Part shown: positions 36,118-50,043 of the stretch, one piece after another
How the letters are laid out: each line of letters opens with the position of its first letter
How positions within the stretch are numbered: the first letter of the stretch is position 1
DNA from: Macrostomum lignano
Lineage: Eukaryota
Direction: 5' to 3'
Length of the DNA stretch: 64,000 nucleotides
Assembly (NCBI GenBank): GCA_002269645.1
Contig: NIVC01000452.1
Location: 248,001-312,000, forward strand
Position numbers and translations under genes: made by a program
Notes under the pieces: generated by a model
Told to the model about the DNA's origin: nothing
Databases searched by the model: none
Seen by the model: only the letters and a program-made list of their open reading frames with translations

Positions 36118-37206
36118 CCGACTTTTCCAGTCCGACTGTTGAGCCGCCTGCGGCCGCGACCCTGCGCCAGATTTAGATTTTTCGTCCTGGAAATTGAATT
36201 GCTTCCGTGTACAACTCTGATGTATTTTATGATGTGTCTTGCTGGTAAGTTGATATTCTGTTGTCAAATATAGCCAAAGTATCATCAGCTTGCATGTAAC
36301 AATCAGAATAGCTTTTGATTGGTTGCTAGGGTAGCTTAATTATTAAATAAGTACTGATCCATGACTGAGGAACATAATCCAACAAAGAATGCCAAGCTTA
36401 TAATGTTTGATATTCACAAACTTGAATCATATTCAGAATAATGTTTAGGATCAGACAAGATCAGGAACTCACGATTTTGGGATTAGGATCCCATTTTATA
36501 TCTACAATAAATCATTAAGTCATAACTTTGTGGAACTTTTTCAATTTATTAGATTAAAATATATACTGATAAATTTTAATGCTAGCAAGAGATCCCTAAT
36601 GAAAATATTAAAGTTCCGCCATAGTTGCAGATATGGAGGTTTTTAGATAGCATAATACAGATCTAAATATGGTTAGCTACAGGAATGCATATTTAGTAAT
36701 ATTGGCCATTCAATTACTGAGATCTACCAGCTTAAAAATGTAGAAGGATAAATCAGTCAGATATGGCTTATCTGGATGCAAATGTGTTGCTTGTGTGTAT
36801 ATAACTGGATAAGGTAAAAATCACCCTGATATTGTCCGTGCTTATCCGTACTTATCTTATCTGTACTTGTAGCTGTCCAAGGTATATCCCACTGAAAGTA
36901 CATCTGATAGTTGGGATACAGTCTCCAATCTGAATGATTGTATCCCAATTTTTACTTTGGATATTTTCTCGTTTTTACACCAAATTATCTGCTTTAAGTA
37001 TAAATATTTTTTGTTATATTCATCTTTGTTTACTTGCAAGCACACTTGCACCAATGCTAATACATTTTATTGATTCCCCAATAAGCAAAGCAACTATTGT
37101 CATGATGTATTGTGAATTAAATTTGCACTGATGCGCTTCAATTGTGACTACATATCCAGCGTATTGAAATGAGAGCATTTTGCCTTACTGTTTTCATTTC
37201 ATTTGC

Positions 37207-38700
37207 CTCATTGGCTAGACTTTAGGACACTGACGCACAATTCCAGCAGCTTGGCCTGCCTTGACATCTTGCCATCCTGCGAGTGGTCCACTATCCTGGT
37301 GCTCAGTTCACTGTCCTGGCGCTGAGTTCAGATCATCTGTCCATCATCATCTCCCTCTCGACTGCAGCCCCTGTCACGAAACCTAGCCACAAGTCCTTCA
37401 CTAACTTTCGAAAAGGCCGATTGGCTGGCTTTCACAACTGAAATTGAAGAAAATTTGCAAATTGCAACCTGCCTCACCATGCTCATGCTGAGGAGAAAGT
37501 CCTCAGAGAGAGCATCCTGTTGGCTGCTTGTCACTATATTCTTTCTGGCTGTGTCTTTTGGTCAAACTTTTGGTCAACCCCAAAATAACCACCCTATGCA
37601 ACAAAAGAGACTGCATGCACTCCACAAATCCGACAGCACCTCCCATTGCTGAGCTCCAAAGCATCATCTAATGCCTTCAATTTGCGCATAGGCAACATCT
37701 GGATCGACAAGCTCTCTAAGCTCAACATCCGGGAAAACCCCACAGAATTGTGACACACAATCTGGAGTCTTGCCAGCAAACAGCCCAAGCAGTCCTCAGT
37801 CGGAATCAATTTTGATGGACGGATCTGCCTGGAACATAAAAGATCGCCAATCGCTTCCGTGTCTTGCTTAATGAGACCAAAATACCCTAAAACTCTTTGA
37901 GACCGTTAGATAAGTCACAAGTGCCAAATCTATGAACACTCCCATTTTCACTGTCGAGGAAGTTTCTATAGCCATAAAAAGTACTGCCACCTCCAAGGCC
38001 TTTGGCCCTGATGGCCTCTGCCCGGCTATGCTCAAGCACCTTTGCCCCCGAAGGATCACTTTTCTTTGCATGTTGCTCAACTTCTGAATCCACACTTACA
38101 TTTTTCCCTCGAGTTGGACCGCGGCCAAGGTCATTCCCTTGCCTAAAGCCGGGAAAGACCCGACTCTGGGCAATTCCTACCGACCCATTTCCATCCTGTC
38201 GCTTGCGGCCGCTATTAGGCTCATTGAGAAGCTCGTCCTGCCTATTTTTCAAGAAGCGCTTCCACTCCCGTCCCGGCTTAACGGCTCATCAGTAACGGGC
38301 CCAACATTCAAAACTCTGCGCATCGCAGTCCACTCATCGTCCTTGACTTACGAAAGGCTTTCAACAAGGTGCACTATCCGACCCTCTGCGGTCTGCTGCT
38401 CTCCAGCTTGCTGCCCCGTGCTGTCGTGCGGACAACATTCCATCTGTGTGCGCGGCCCGCCATCAGTCTGCTGCCAACTCTCGTTCAATCATATCTCGAT
38501 TTGCTTTGTCGGTACCTTAATTCTAAGGACTTGCCGCTCTTACCTGGAATGTCTATGGCCACAATATTTATCAGCTCCTCAAACAAATTCAGGGCCTCAC
38601 CACCAGTTTTGCTGAACTGGACGAAATTGCCTATGCTGCCTGGTCCAATGCACCTGAACTCGATACTCAATCCGCTTTGACCATTAAGAAGAATAAAATT
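37207..38700 (+). pseudogene. Decayed non-LTR retrotransposon (LINE) ORF2: APE endonuclease C-terminus plus reverse transcriptase, multiply frameshifted
   Basis: Fragments LSSDHLSII (APE SDH motif), TNFRKADWLAF, WTAARVIPLPKAGKDPTLGNSYRPISILS...LIEKLV and DLRKAFNKV occur in different frames. Confidence 0.85.
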
Positions 38701-40902
38701 GGGAAATTGCCAGTTGAATATTGTGCTATGTATGACTAGCAGAACAGACACTGGGCTAATAAATATGACCCCCACGCCAATCAAGGAATCACATACGGTG
38801 CAGTCCACGAGAGGGACATCATTGGTGTACACGCAGACGACGGTCTGTTGACTGTTGGGCCACAACGCCGGTAGGATTGTGGTGACGGCGCAGAATAAGC
38901 GGTCTGGGACGCACTACTTCGGTATAGTCTGGAAAGGGCCGTATGGGACGACGTCAGCTGCGGCTCAAGAGGTCGTGCATATGGCGAAGCTTCCCCTGGA
39001 TGCTTTGGTGGTGCTGAAGTGCCCGTCCTGCACGAATATGCTGCAGAAAATTCATAAACAGTCAGAAGTCAAGGACTCTCTGCGTAAGTATGACATTATT
39101 TCTGAATCCAATCTGCGTACATAAGCTGTGAGCTGCAATAAACTCGTGTCCATATTTTTCAACTTACATGCACTAAACTCTAAGGTAACGAACTGCGCGA
39201 TGTTCGTCATCAATTGGCTGCAGCTAACGACCAACTAGCTCAGATGAAAGACTGCGGTGCCTGCGCAGAAAAGGAAAATCTGCTAACGGACTGCAGTGCA
39301 AGTTTGCGTGGCCAGGTAGGCGAAGTGATCCAGCGAATTCAGTTGTGCTGCTATCAGTTGTGCCAAATCGCTGAGGAACTGATGCGTGTAGTGAGCAGTG
39401 GTACCCGATGACTGCGAGCAGGATCGTGACTCCACGAGTTTGCTAGCACCATCTCGTGTGTACCTGCGTGGTGGCATGAACGCAGAGCAAACCGATGCGC
39501 TGCATCAGACGATGCAGGGTATCCTGCAGCAGCCTGCTCCCGCTGATGAAAGCATACAGAGCGAGGGGCTCATCGCTCATGTCATTGGTGGACGGCAATC
39601 TAGCTTTTGCGCTAATACTTTGTTACTGAGACGGATCGACGAGAAATTGACGAAAACGTTAAAAGATTCCTGTTAACCCAGCAAGACTTTTTCAGTTGGA
39701 CATGAACATACAAAAGAAAGCCGCAAAGAAGTTTGAGCGGCGAAGGTTACTGTCATTTAGCACATTCTGCCAAATTCCTCAAGTTTACATACTCTGGACG
39801 AATTTTGTCTAAATCTAAGGGTTGATGTAGTGCTCCTCGTGTACAATGTCGAGAGGATGAAATCTTCCAAACCAAGTCACCTGAGGTTTGAACAATAAAA
39901 CGAAGCAACTAAGGCCAGGTGGCATCAGAAGATAGTCGACGCAGAGGATGCTGATGGGCAGCAACATCAGCTGAAGCCAGAGAAGTGCAAAGTTGCTTTT
40001 GCGTACCCAGCATTGTTGATTGACCCAATATATGGGTCCCTGGTAGAGTTGACTGGCAAAGATGCTGAATTGGGCAGTGTGGACTTGGGTTGAATTGCAT
40101 CATCTTGGGTTTTGTAGAGAAGATTGACTTTTATTGAGAAAAATGATTCAATTTGATAGAGAAAAAAGAGGGTCAATATATTATTGTATCTGATGAGGTT
40201 CGGTTTTGAGAAAGTGAAATGGTGAAAATAAATTTTTGCTTATGAAATAAGCCTTCATTAATCTATTGCTTTTTAATTGTTTATTCTTTTTGTTAGAATT
40301 AGGCAAAAAATTTTGGCCATTTTGGCAAGACAAATAGGGGGGCATTTCTAGCCTAATTAATAGGATATATAGCAATATCTAAGATTGTTGTACAGAATAT
40401 TCTTCCATCTAATTGTCTGGATAAAAGTCCTGGTTTATGTTTATGATATACATTTAGATTCCAACCATATATCTATCTGCATTATCAGGATAGAAAATTA
40501 GATTATACAAAAACTTTATCTGAATATTTTAAACTTTGTCTCACATCTAATATATCTAATCAAGTAGCTAGACTTTTATTCACTAAAAGAATAACACACT
40601 AATATCTAGCTGACATGTCTATTATCCAACTGAATTATCCTTCTTTCTTTTTAAATAGGTAAAGAAGATCATTGGAGCCCTTGATTCAATAGGAAAAGAA
40701 AAGATAAAACAATAGAAATGAATGAATATTGCCAGTTTTTTGTTTTATCAGAAAATCTCTCAAGTCCCTAGGGATAGACTTAAGCAAAAGAGATTTTCAA
40801 TGCTATATATAAGTTATATAGTTAGGGTAGTTAAGATAAATGTAGTTTTTAACTATTCTTCTTAACTATAAATAAGACTTACTAATAAGCAATAGGTTAA
40901 AC

Positions 40903-41551
40903 CCAGGTCAGCAAACTTTTTTAACTCAAGGGTGAGATGAAGAATCTAGTTCATGGCTTTGGGCCAGATAAGAGAGGAAAGAAGAGGGAATAGAAGAGAT
41001 AAGAAACAAGACAAGATGAGAAAAAAGGGGAGAGATAAGAGAAGAGAGAGGGGAGAGAAGAAAGGAAAGAAGAGGGAATAGAAAAGATAAGAAACAAGAC
41101 AAGATAAGAAAAAAAGGGAGGGATGAAAGAAGAAAGGGGAGAGAAGAGAGGGGGAGAAAAGAGGGAAGAGGAATGAGAGGAGAAAGAAGAGAGCGGAGAG
41201 AAGAGAGGAGAGAGAAAGAGACGGGAGATAGAAGATTAAGGGGAGAGAGGAGAGAGGAAGAAAAAGAAAGATAGGAGATAGGAGATAAAGGGGAAAGAGG
41301 GAAAAGGAGAAAGGAAAGAGAGAAGAGAAAAAAAGAGAAAGAGGAGAAAGAGAAGAAAAGAGAACCTAGGACTAGGGGAAAGGGAATAGAAAAAAAAGGC
41401 AGGGGAGAAGGTGGAAAGGAAAGAGAGGAAAGAAGAAACAAAACGTTGAATGGGTCAGATTGCTATTGTGAAGTTTTAATGGACCCAAGGGCTAGATAGA
41501 GAGGCTTTATGGGCAACATATGGCCTACGGGCTATAGTTTGCTGATCTTTG
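40903..41551. mobile_element. Non-autonomous hAT (Charlie/MER58-like termini) element with a purine-rich filler
   Basis: Left end ccaggtcagcaaact; right end reverse-complements to caaagatcagcaaactatagcccgtaggcc. 8-bp TSD GGTTAAAC at 40895-40902 and 41552-41559. Confidence 0.75.
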
Positions 41552-44500
41552 GGTTAAACTATTGCTATTATTCTTTATTTCATTACTATATTATAGTGAA
41601 TGATAGAAGAACTATTGTCATTGGATTTAAAATATTTAAAAGTTGTCATAGAAAGTTATAAAAAATTAATTAGCTTTAGATATCAATATAGATCTAGATA
41701 TAAATAAGTTGTAGTAGAATTGGGACAAAAAGAATTTTTTTAACTAATTTAATTGGATTTGAATATCTAACAAAGCTGATTCAAATACCAAATAATATTA
41801 AGCATATTTATTCAATGATATCACTACCTTACTAGGCCTACTCATTACTTACTTGTAAGTAATGCTGATTTATAGTTTAATGAATTCATTTTAGATAAAT
41901 TGTTATTAAAGCAATTGTAAATATAAACAACATTTATCATTTTGCTTTCTTAGAAAAACTACCATACAGATAAGTGGTAAAGCTATGGATTGCAATGATT
42001 AAACTTATATATAAATGTCTAGTTATAGTCATTGCTAAAAGCATATAGTGGGCCTATTTAATATCTAACCTTGATACATACATAGGGCCTATATTTTCTT
42101 TAGCATACCTTAACCAATAGGCTGATTATAGGCATATATCTTTGGCATAAAATATGCCCAGACCAAATGTCAAATTTGCCCCTCTGAGTTTGTGGGAATC
42201 AAGCCAAATCCATGTTCTATAAACTTGATTTTTTCATACTTTATTTTCTAAAAGCCTCAAAGCCTTTTAAAGCATAGACAGATTGAAAGGGGGCATAAAA
42301 TGTATACCATCTTAATAGGGTGTAAGACCAAGATGGCCACACACCAAGATGGCCACAGCTGGGGTGGGGGTCACGGAAAATGACAGCTGGTTTACTATTG
42401 GATAGCTTCGGGTGGGGAGATGTGGGGTTGCAATGGGGGGTTTAGACAGGCAGTCAAAATTTTATTAGCATATTTCAGGGCTAAAGACAAAAATGGTTAC
42501 GAGTCTTAATTTCCTACTTATAGTAGGGCCCTAAGAGGTGTAAACGTATTTCGCATTAAACAAATCTCTTCTTCATATAAAATCTGGTGTAGCTTTTTTC
42601 CATTTCTCTTATTGGTCAAGACTAATTTACTTGTTTAAAGGGATAAAAACTGGGTAAATTTCATGCCCTATTCAAAATTCATCTGTCTCATTCACTGACA
42701 GCAGTCTAAACACTTAGATACAAAATGGCAGGCGCATATCCATGTGTGGTCTGTCTGCAGCCAGTTTGCGATGGACAAGAAGCAATTGAGTGTTCTCAAT
42801 GCTTGAATTGGGAGCACCATGCATGTGATAGTCACGTCACAATCGATCAGTATTCTACAATTAGAAATGTCGGTGAGTTTTTCTGGCTTTGCAATTAATG
42901 CAATAGACGGGCTCCTGCAGGTAACTTAGCAGTGTCTCAAGCTGCAGATGCTGCAGTGGTACATGTACAAGCCCCGAATTCTGGACCAGCGGCTGTTCCT
43001 CTGCCTGCTGAAAATCCAGAACCAGTGCATTTGATTCCGGCACAAGCAGAAAATTTTCTTTACCAGTATCCAGATTTCAATGACCCTGATCCAGCTCTGG
43101 AAGAATCCATTCAAATTCCTCCAGAAGAGCTTGCACTGCCACGCAGCCCACCTCCCCAGCCCTTTGAGATTCTTACAGGTGCATGATTCAGTCACGGAAA
43201 AGACCTTCTAGTGCAGTATGCCCAACGAGACCTTGGCTATCTGATGGATGAAAAAACGCGGCAAAATGGCAACATGTACTATTGCTGCACTAAGCGTTTA
43301 TCACTGCACTGTCATGGCTCCGCAGTCCGCCGTGCTGATGGAACCATAGAAGCCCTTGCTCCGCGCACGTGCGATCCAGTTGATCGGCCAGCTCAGAAGA
43401 GAAAGGCAGCAAAGGAGATAAAGGAGGAAGCAAAACACATGTTGTCATCTATCCATGCCACCCGTACCTTATTGCCATTTCAGATCATGACGAGTTAAAA
43501 AAGCCAAAAAATCCACACTTACTTAGTTGCTGCACCCAATATAGCCCTGGAGCATATTTAAGAATCACCGTGCACATTTCTTGCCAGATATTACACTTTG
43601 TTTTACGCTCAAATTTGGGATGGGGGGGGGTTCATTGCGTCGTACTTACAGAGCAAGCAGCTAGTCACTGCATGTATGTGTGACTCAGTGCACTTCTGCC
43701 TCCGTAATTCATCATCATCCCATCATCCCCATCATTATGCATGATATTATATGAGCTACGTATACGAGCTATTAAAATGCAGATATGAGATACCTTTTGC
43801 ACCCACGTTCGCATAACAGCTAGGCCTGATGAAAGATTTCATAGAAAAACAATTTGTTCATTGCTACAAACTGTTGTCAATCCGTTGGTATCTAGAAATA
43901 ATATGAAATATCGTGAATGGGTGGCAACTGATGCAGTTTTTTATTTTTGATTTCCACTTCTATTGAGTTCACATACGAGCCGTATTCTGTTGTTTAAGTT
44001 GAATACAAAAGGTAGGCGGGGTTGCTGTCAATTCAAGCTTGAATGAGCAGAGTTAATTTATGGTCAAACAGTCCTTACACTGCTCCCCTAGTGGTGGTGC
44101 CTCACAGATCGTTACACTCAAGCCAACCCTAGAGCAACTTTTTTTTCAATTTTGGCCTGTACTGATACAATACGATTGGAAGTCATATAAATCCAGTCTA
44201 ACTGACTGGTTTGCGTGGAGATAAAAATCTATCTATATAAAACAGCTTACCTCAAATCAGCCATATCGTTATTTTTCATTGCAATCTTTTTTCAGTTTTA
44301 ACATTTTTAGCCAACTGCTATGGTTGGTAACCATGATAACAATTTGGCTCGTAAATAAATAACTCAATATAATGACTTTGCATGCAGCACTTAGCATAAA
44401 GCCTCAGATTTATTTATGTAAATATCCTTTGTACTCTTTATGCACTGCGGCAAATTTGCACAGATATTAGATGCATGTATTTTTCAGCAAGTACTGATAC

Positions 44501-44584
44501 CCAAGAAACGCAAGGCTAACAATTCTGAAATCTCGTCAAAATAAGCCGAACCTCTAAATACATATACAGATACAAGTCTGATAC

Positions 44585-45115
44585 AAACAGAAGAGAGAAG
44601 AGATCAGATAGGAGAGATGAAAGAGGAAAAAGGAGAGATGAGAGAGCAGAGACGAGAAATGAGACAGTAGAGCTAGAACAGAGGAGAGAGGAGAGGGAAG
44701 AGATTATAGAGACGAGTGGAGAGAGAAGAGAAATATGTGAGAGCAGACATGAGAGACAATGGAAGAGAAGTGGAGTGAAGGAGAAAGGAGAATAAAGGGG
44801 GAGAATCGAGAGGACAGGAAGAGAGGGCAAGGGAGAGAAGAGAGATGAGAGGAAATAGAAGAAGGGAGAAGGGAGAGAGTAGAAAGGAGAAGAGAGATGG
44901 GAGAGCAGGAGAGATGAGAGATGAGAGGGAGGAGAAAGTAGAGAGGGGAGGTGAAAGAGTAAAGGGGAGAAAGTTGAGAGAAGAGTTAGGAGACTTGGGA
45001 AAAAAAGAGGAGAGATGTTAAAGGAGAGTACAGATGAGAGATAAGAGAGAGGAGATAAGACAGGAAATAAATGATAGGAGAGAGGGTCGAGATGATAGAG
45101 GAGAGAGAATAGAGA
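44585..45115. repeat. Purine-rich (GA) low-complexity tract
   Basis: Almost entirely A/G on the + strand. Confidence 0.9.
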
Positions 45116-45662
45116 ATTTCGCACTGACCTACAAGGTGCAAACAAACACGAGAAATCAAACTGAAATGTGCTAATTTTAACAGTCCCAGACTTCCATTGT
45201 TCCTACAAAATTTTAAACAGCGGGGCAGGACCTCCTATACTAGCTGCGGGGCAGACCCATAGAAATTTTTCCAGTTTCCAAGATAATATTGACTTATAGG
45301 GAATAAACACATACCGTACGAGCTCAAATTTGAGCTCAAAGTTTGAGCTCATCCTAAATATTTAAACATCACCACATGAGCACGGAGTCACAACATAGTT
45401 TGAATATAATGGAAAGCGCACATAAATAAGCGAAAAGCGGTATCCAACGGGGCAACACGAGCAAACTTTCAATACGCTAATTGGGAGGGGATTAAGCAAT
45501 CACGGGCTGACTACCATTCTGCCACTCAGCGGGGGTCAAACAGGAGACTAACTCCTAATAAATAAATTTTCTCAGTCCTATAATCTTTAATGGCATGACA
45601 CGGCTTTCACTATATATGTAGTTTTTATCTAATGTGACTAAGCCATGCAGGTGCTTTTAGTG

Positions 45663-46335
45663 CAGGGGTTGGCAAACTTTTTACCTCGATTGAGAACCCA
45701 GCTCATGACTGCCCTTCTAGTCCGCTTCGTTGGCCCCCAAAGCGAAGCGATGAGTCCTGATGACAAAGCGGGCCAGATGTGAGGAGAAATAGAAATAGAG
45801 AAGAGAAATACAAGCATAGGATAAAGGAGAGGCGAAGGAATAAAGGAGAAGAGAGTTGATGACAGGAGAGATTAAATATGAGTGGAGAGAGAGAAGGGAG
45901 ATTAATGGAGAGGAGAAAAGAGGAAAGGGAGAAGAGAATGAAGAGGAAAAGGAAGATGCATGAGAGCAAAGAGGTGAGAAGAGAGGAGAGGAGAGAGGAG
46001 AGGAGAGGGCAGAGATGAGAGAGAGAAAAGATGAGAGGAGAGGGCAGACATGAGAGAGAGAGAATAGATGAGAGAGAGAGAGGGCAAGAGATGAGAGGAG
46101 AGGGCAGAGATGAAAGAGAGAAAGATGATACAGGAGAGGGCAGAGATGAGAGAGAAAAGAGAGAAGAGGGCAGACATGAGAGAGAATAGATAAGAGAGGA
46201 GAGGGCAAGAGATGAGAGAGGAGAGGGCAGAGATGAGAGAGAGAGAAAATATTAGAGACGAGAGGGCAGAGATGACAGAGAAAAGATAAGAGACGAGAGT
46301 GCAGAGATGAGAGAAAAGATGAGAGACAAGAGGCA
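45663..46335. mobile_element. Truncated hAT element end (CAGGGGTTGGCAAACTTTTT...GGGCCAGAT) followed by a purine-rich filler; same family as 40903
   Basis: Shares caaacttttt and gggccagat with 40903, then a GA-rich tract. No matching right TIR was seen. Confidence 0.55.
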
Positions 46336-48283
46336 CTCCAATTTTTGCTTACTTCTATCATAACTAATACCTTTACCCTCTCCTTTAACTTTTAACATAT
46401 ACAAACAACACGTCAGTTTTAGTATATTGAGATATGTTTGAAACTATTATCCATGATACAAAAATCAAATGTCTTGTGCTAGTAGTGCTACTAGCTTTAG
46501 TAGGTAGTAATACCTGCTATAAAGGGAAGTGTTTTTTGTTTTACTTAGTCTAATTTCACTAACGAAATCTGTTTTCTCCGAGACTTGAAGCTATGTCATA
46601 CCTCACCCCAATCACAGCCAATAGGAAATGAGGAAATATATAGACCTATTCCTATCCAAGCAGCCATTCAGAGCTGTGGCCATCTTGGTGTGTGTGTGGT
46701 CATCTTGGTCATGCGCCCTTAATAGTTAGACCATGTATCCAAGATAGAAAGTTCAGTTTAATGCCAATATATTTTTAAAATAGTCAAGTTTTCTAATGCA
46801 TACCTTATAAAGTTCAGCCATGGTGCATTTATAATTATAAATACTATTATACTTATAAAAAGTTTTCTTCTTTGCTAAAAAGTATATATTTATTTCTTTT
46901 TTTATTTGCATAGCAAAGTCATTTATTTATAAAAATCAAACTTTTTATTCAATTTTCAAATTTGCCTTTTGTAGGCCTAGGCCTATGCATATTGGCAATT
47001 TGAAAGACTCTTACACTGACTAAGATCTAGGCTAATAATAATAACATAGTATAGTTAGTCCAATGACAATATAGGACCCTAGACATAGGCTAAACTACAA
47101 TGAATAAATAGAATAAAGACTATATAAAATAAAATTGGAGGCTTTATACTATAGGCCTAACCAAGAAAGTAATAGGCCTAGCTAGACCTAGATTCTACAT
47201 TTTAATATAATACTAAGACATACAAATTAGAGTAGGTTAGGCCTAGCTAGTAGGCCTAAGCCAGGTTGCTCATTTGTTATGTGAAAATGTTTTTAATTTT
47301 TATAATATAGCTCTATAACAGGCCATTATAGGGCCTGGCCAGCTGGTCCTGGCCCTTGGGACCTAGATACCATCACACCAATTAAATAAGATAGGCCTAT
47401 GCTTTGCCTACAAGGCTAAATTCTATATTTTAGGGCAGTGCCCTATACAGGTAAGCAGTGGGCCAGTGGGGTGGGATTGGCATACAATTATGAGAATAAT
47501 GACAATTAGGCACCTTGATGTGATTAATTGATCAACGAATCTAACTTTTTGTTGATCAACAAAAGATCAACCAAAACTTTGATTTATCGCTGCGTCTCTA
47601 TGCTTCAATATTTGCTCTGAAACTTATCAATTCTTGACACATGTCTCAGCTTTGCAATGACATCTTAGACACATGATTGCCTTTTGTATTTCCCGAGATG
47701 TTTGCTTCCAAAATGTGTTTGTGGGCCTTTTCAATATTGCTTGTTCTGGTTCCAGAACCAGAATCAATTTGTGAACTATAACTTTTTGTCTCCATAACTA
47801 AAGGGAGATACGTGCTATAAAGTTTTTATTATTGAATGACAATCACAAAGAAGAAAGTAAAAATTGTGCTAAGTGAGGTTGTTAAGGCAGTCAAAAATTC
47901 AACAGAATTAAATAGTTATACTGCTGGTTTTCTTTGAAGATCCGAACCGATTCTGATTCTGGAATTGGTAATATGGCAATATTAAAAGCCTCTGTAAGGG
48001 GTGCTAATGCCAAATTAATTCGTCTTTTGACACACTTTGCATTCGTGCCAATGTTTTTTCCTTTGGAACAGAAAGTTTCTGCTGACAAATTTTTAAAGCT
48101 GAATATGGCGTCAGAGTAAGGAGTGTATCCCGAAACATGAGTTAATTTTTTGTTTGAATTATGTGTTCATGGGAAAAAATATCTGTCGGGGAACCCGCAT
48201 ATGGCACCTCGTCCTTTCTAAAAGCATGAAAACCAAAGCAAATCAAATAAATTAGTGCACCATTTTTCGTTTTAAGCAATCAG

Positions 48284-48469
48284 CATGGGCGGCGGGAGAT
48301 TGCAGCACCGGGGGCAAGCCCCCCCCCCAGAAAATGAGTCCACGTGGTAATTTTTAGGGCTTTTCTGATTTTACGCCCTAATTAGCAGCTTATATGGGTA
48401 CCTGTGCTCCCCTTGCCCTGTGCCCGGTGCCCCCCCCCCCCTAAAATATGAGACTCCGCCGCGCCCCTG
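48284..48469. mobile_element. 186-bp MITE, hAT-type
   Basis: Termini CATGGGCGGCGG / ccgccgcgcccctg; exact 8-bp TSD GCAATCAG at 48276-48283 and 48470-48477. Confidence 0.8.
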
Positions 48470-50043
48470 GCAATCAGAGACTGTGAGACAGAATTGGTAG
48501 AGTGTATTTGTGTTCAATGGGATTCTGTATCCTAAGTAATGGTATTTAAAGCCAAGTTAAGCTACTCTCGAGTCGAGAGCGCACATGGTATTGTGGGTGC
48601 CTAGCACCGCTTCAAATACTGACACATTAAGCACATTTAGCTTTACGTAGTATAAAGCAATGCACGCTAAAAATGAAACTTTTCTGATAAAAATATTGAA
48701 TGCAATAAAAAGCCATGCAACTTTAAAGCTCTGCTAAAAAATAGTTTAAGCAGTTCAATTTTATTATTTCAATTTATTTAAAACATTTTCGAAAATAAAG
48801 TATATTATCACTTTCCATGAAACATATACGAAGCATATTAGTCTACAGCCACAGCGAACACAATCAATCAGTTATCTTTATGATTAATAATGATTCATTA
48901 CCACCTTTGTAACTGAGAAAGATAAATCCCTTGCTGTATTTTGATTATGAGAATACGAGCTGGTTAGTTTGATGTACTATGCATATCAAACTTGTCATAA
49001 GATCAGACTATCCGTCCAACTAGGGGATAAGGAGGTAGTCGAACTATTGACTAATTAACCAAAACAAAAAAAATAATATAGAGGTAATCAAAAAAATAGG
49101 TTAATTTAAGCTATAAACGTGCATCTATACACCATTATTAATCTATATTAATTTCCATTTTACAGAAGCATAGCAGAATTTTGGGGGCACTACTTCAACA
49201 GTCAACTAAACATAATAAAGCTACGCAAAATGTTCAGGCGCATAAAAATGATTTACCTTCGGTGTGAGGGGGCAGAGACATCAATCCATCTCTCATTATT
49301 AAATGGAGTGTAAAAAATAAAAATGGAAAGCAAAATACAAAAACAGTAAAAAATCCCCCTTTCTCTAGAGGGGCTGGGGCACATCCCAAACCCCAATAGA
49401 TGTCCCCTCTTTGTTATAGTTATATCCTTGAAAATGTTGAAAAAATCTGAAAAAATAAACATTTTTGAATTGGGGGCATAGCATAGGCATCCTTTTTCCA
49501 ATGTGAAATGATTTTATATATTTGTCTTTTGTCTTTTGTCTTTTGCCTTTTTGTCTAGTAGTAGATAAAGAGGATCCTAGACCTAGGCCTATGGGATAAA
49601 CATAAATGAATTAAAACAAATATATACTTTTTTGTTTGAATAAAAGTTCTATCTAGACTATCAGGAATAGAGTATAGATTTTAATAAGGAGTATAGATTA
49701 TTAAGGTATCTTTGATTATGTCATATAATTATTTTTTGTTTAAATAATGAATGCTATTATTTCTAATATGGCCATAGAAAAAATAAAATGTCTAACTCAA
49801 AGGGGCATGCCTTTATATACCCCTTTTTTCCTTAAGCTAATACTAGTATAAATGGTATACTATAATCCTCTAAGTATTTATGATACTTTTTCATTTTAAA
49901 TATGAATGAAATGTTTTATTAATGAAATAATATAATGAAATAAAATGAAATATTTTATTAAAATCATATATTAGTATGCCATGTAAAGCACAACATTTAA
50001 GAATCTGCTAAACTATGTATAGACGTATATATATATATATATA

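Larger units (their letters stand above)
42318..46718. mobile_element. 4.4-kb TIR DNA element with a FLYWCH-like zinc-finger remnant (MULE-like, unclassified)
   Basis: ~45-bp TIRs containing two accaagatggccac motifs (42318-42360; 46672-46718), flanked by TTAATA direct repeats (42312-42317; 46719-46724). Internal ORF 43211-43498 has GYL...YYCC...HCHG. Confidence 0.65.

Noticed and set aside
45720-45775. Hammerhead-like motif (cgatga-gtc-ctgat-gac-aaa)
   Set aside because: It lacks the invariant U of CUGAUGA and the G of GAAA. Stems I and III cannot be formed convincingly, and an alternative cgcttcg/cgaagcg hairpin dominates.
40926-46361. Minus-strand Leu/Ser/Phe/Pro-rich 'membrane protein' ORFs (40926-41441, 44516-45145, 45717-46361)
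   Set aside because: These are translations of polypurine/polypyrimidine low-complexity tracts.
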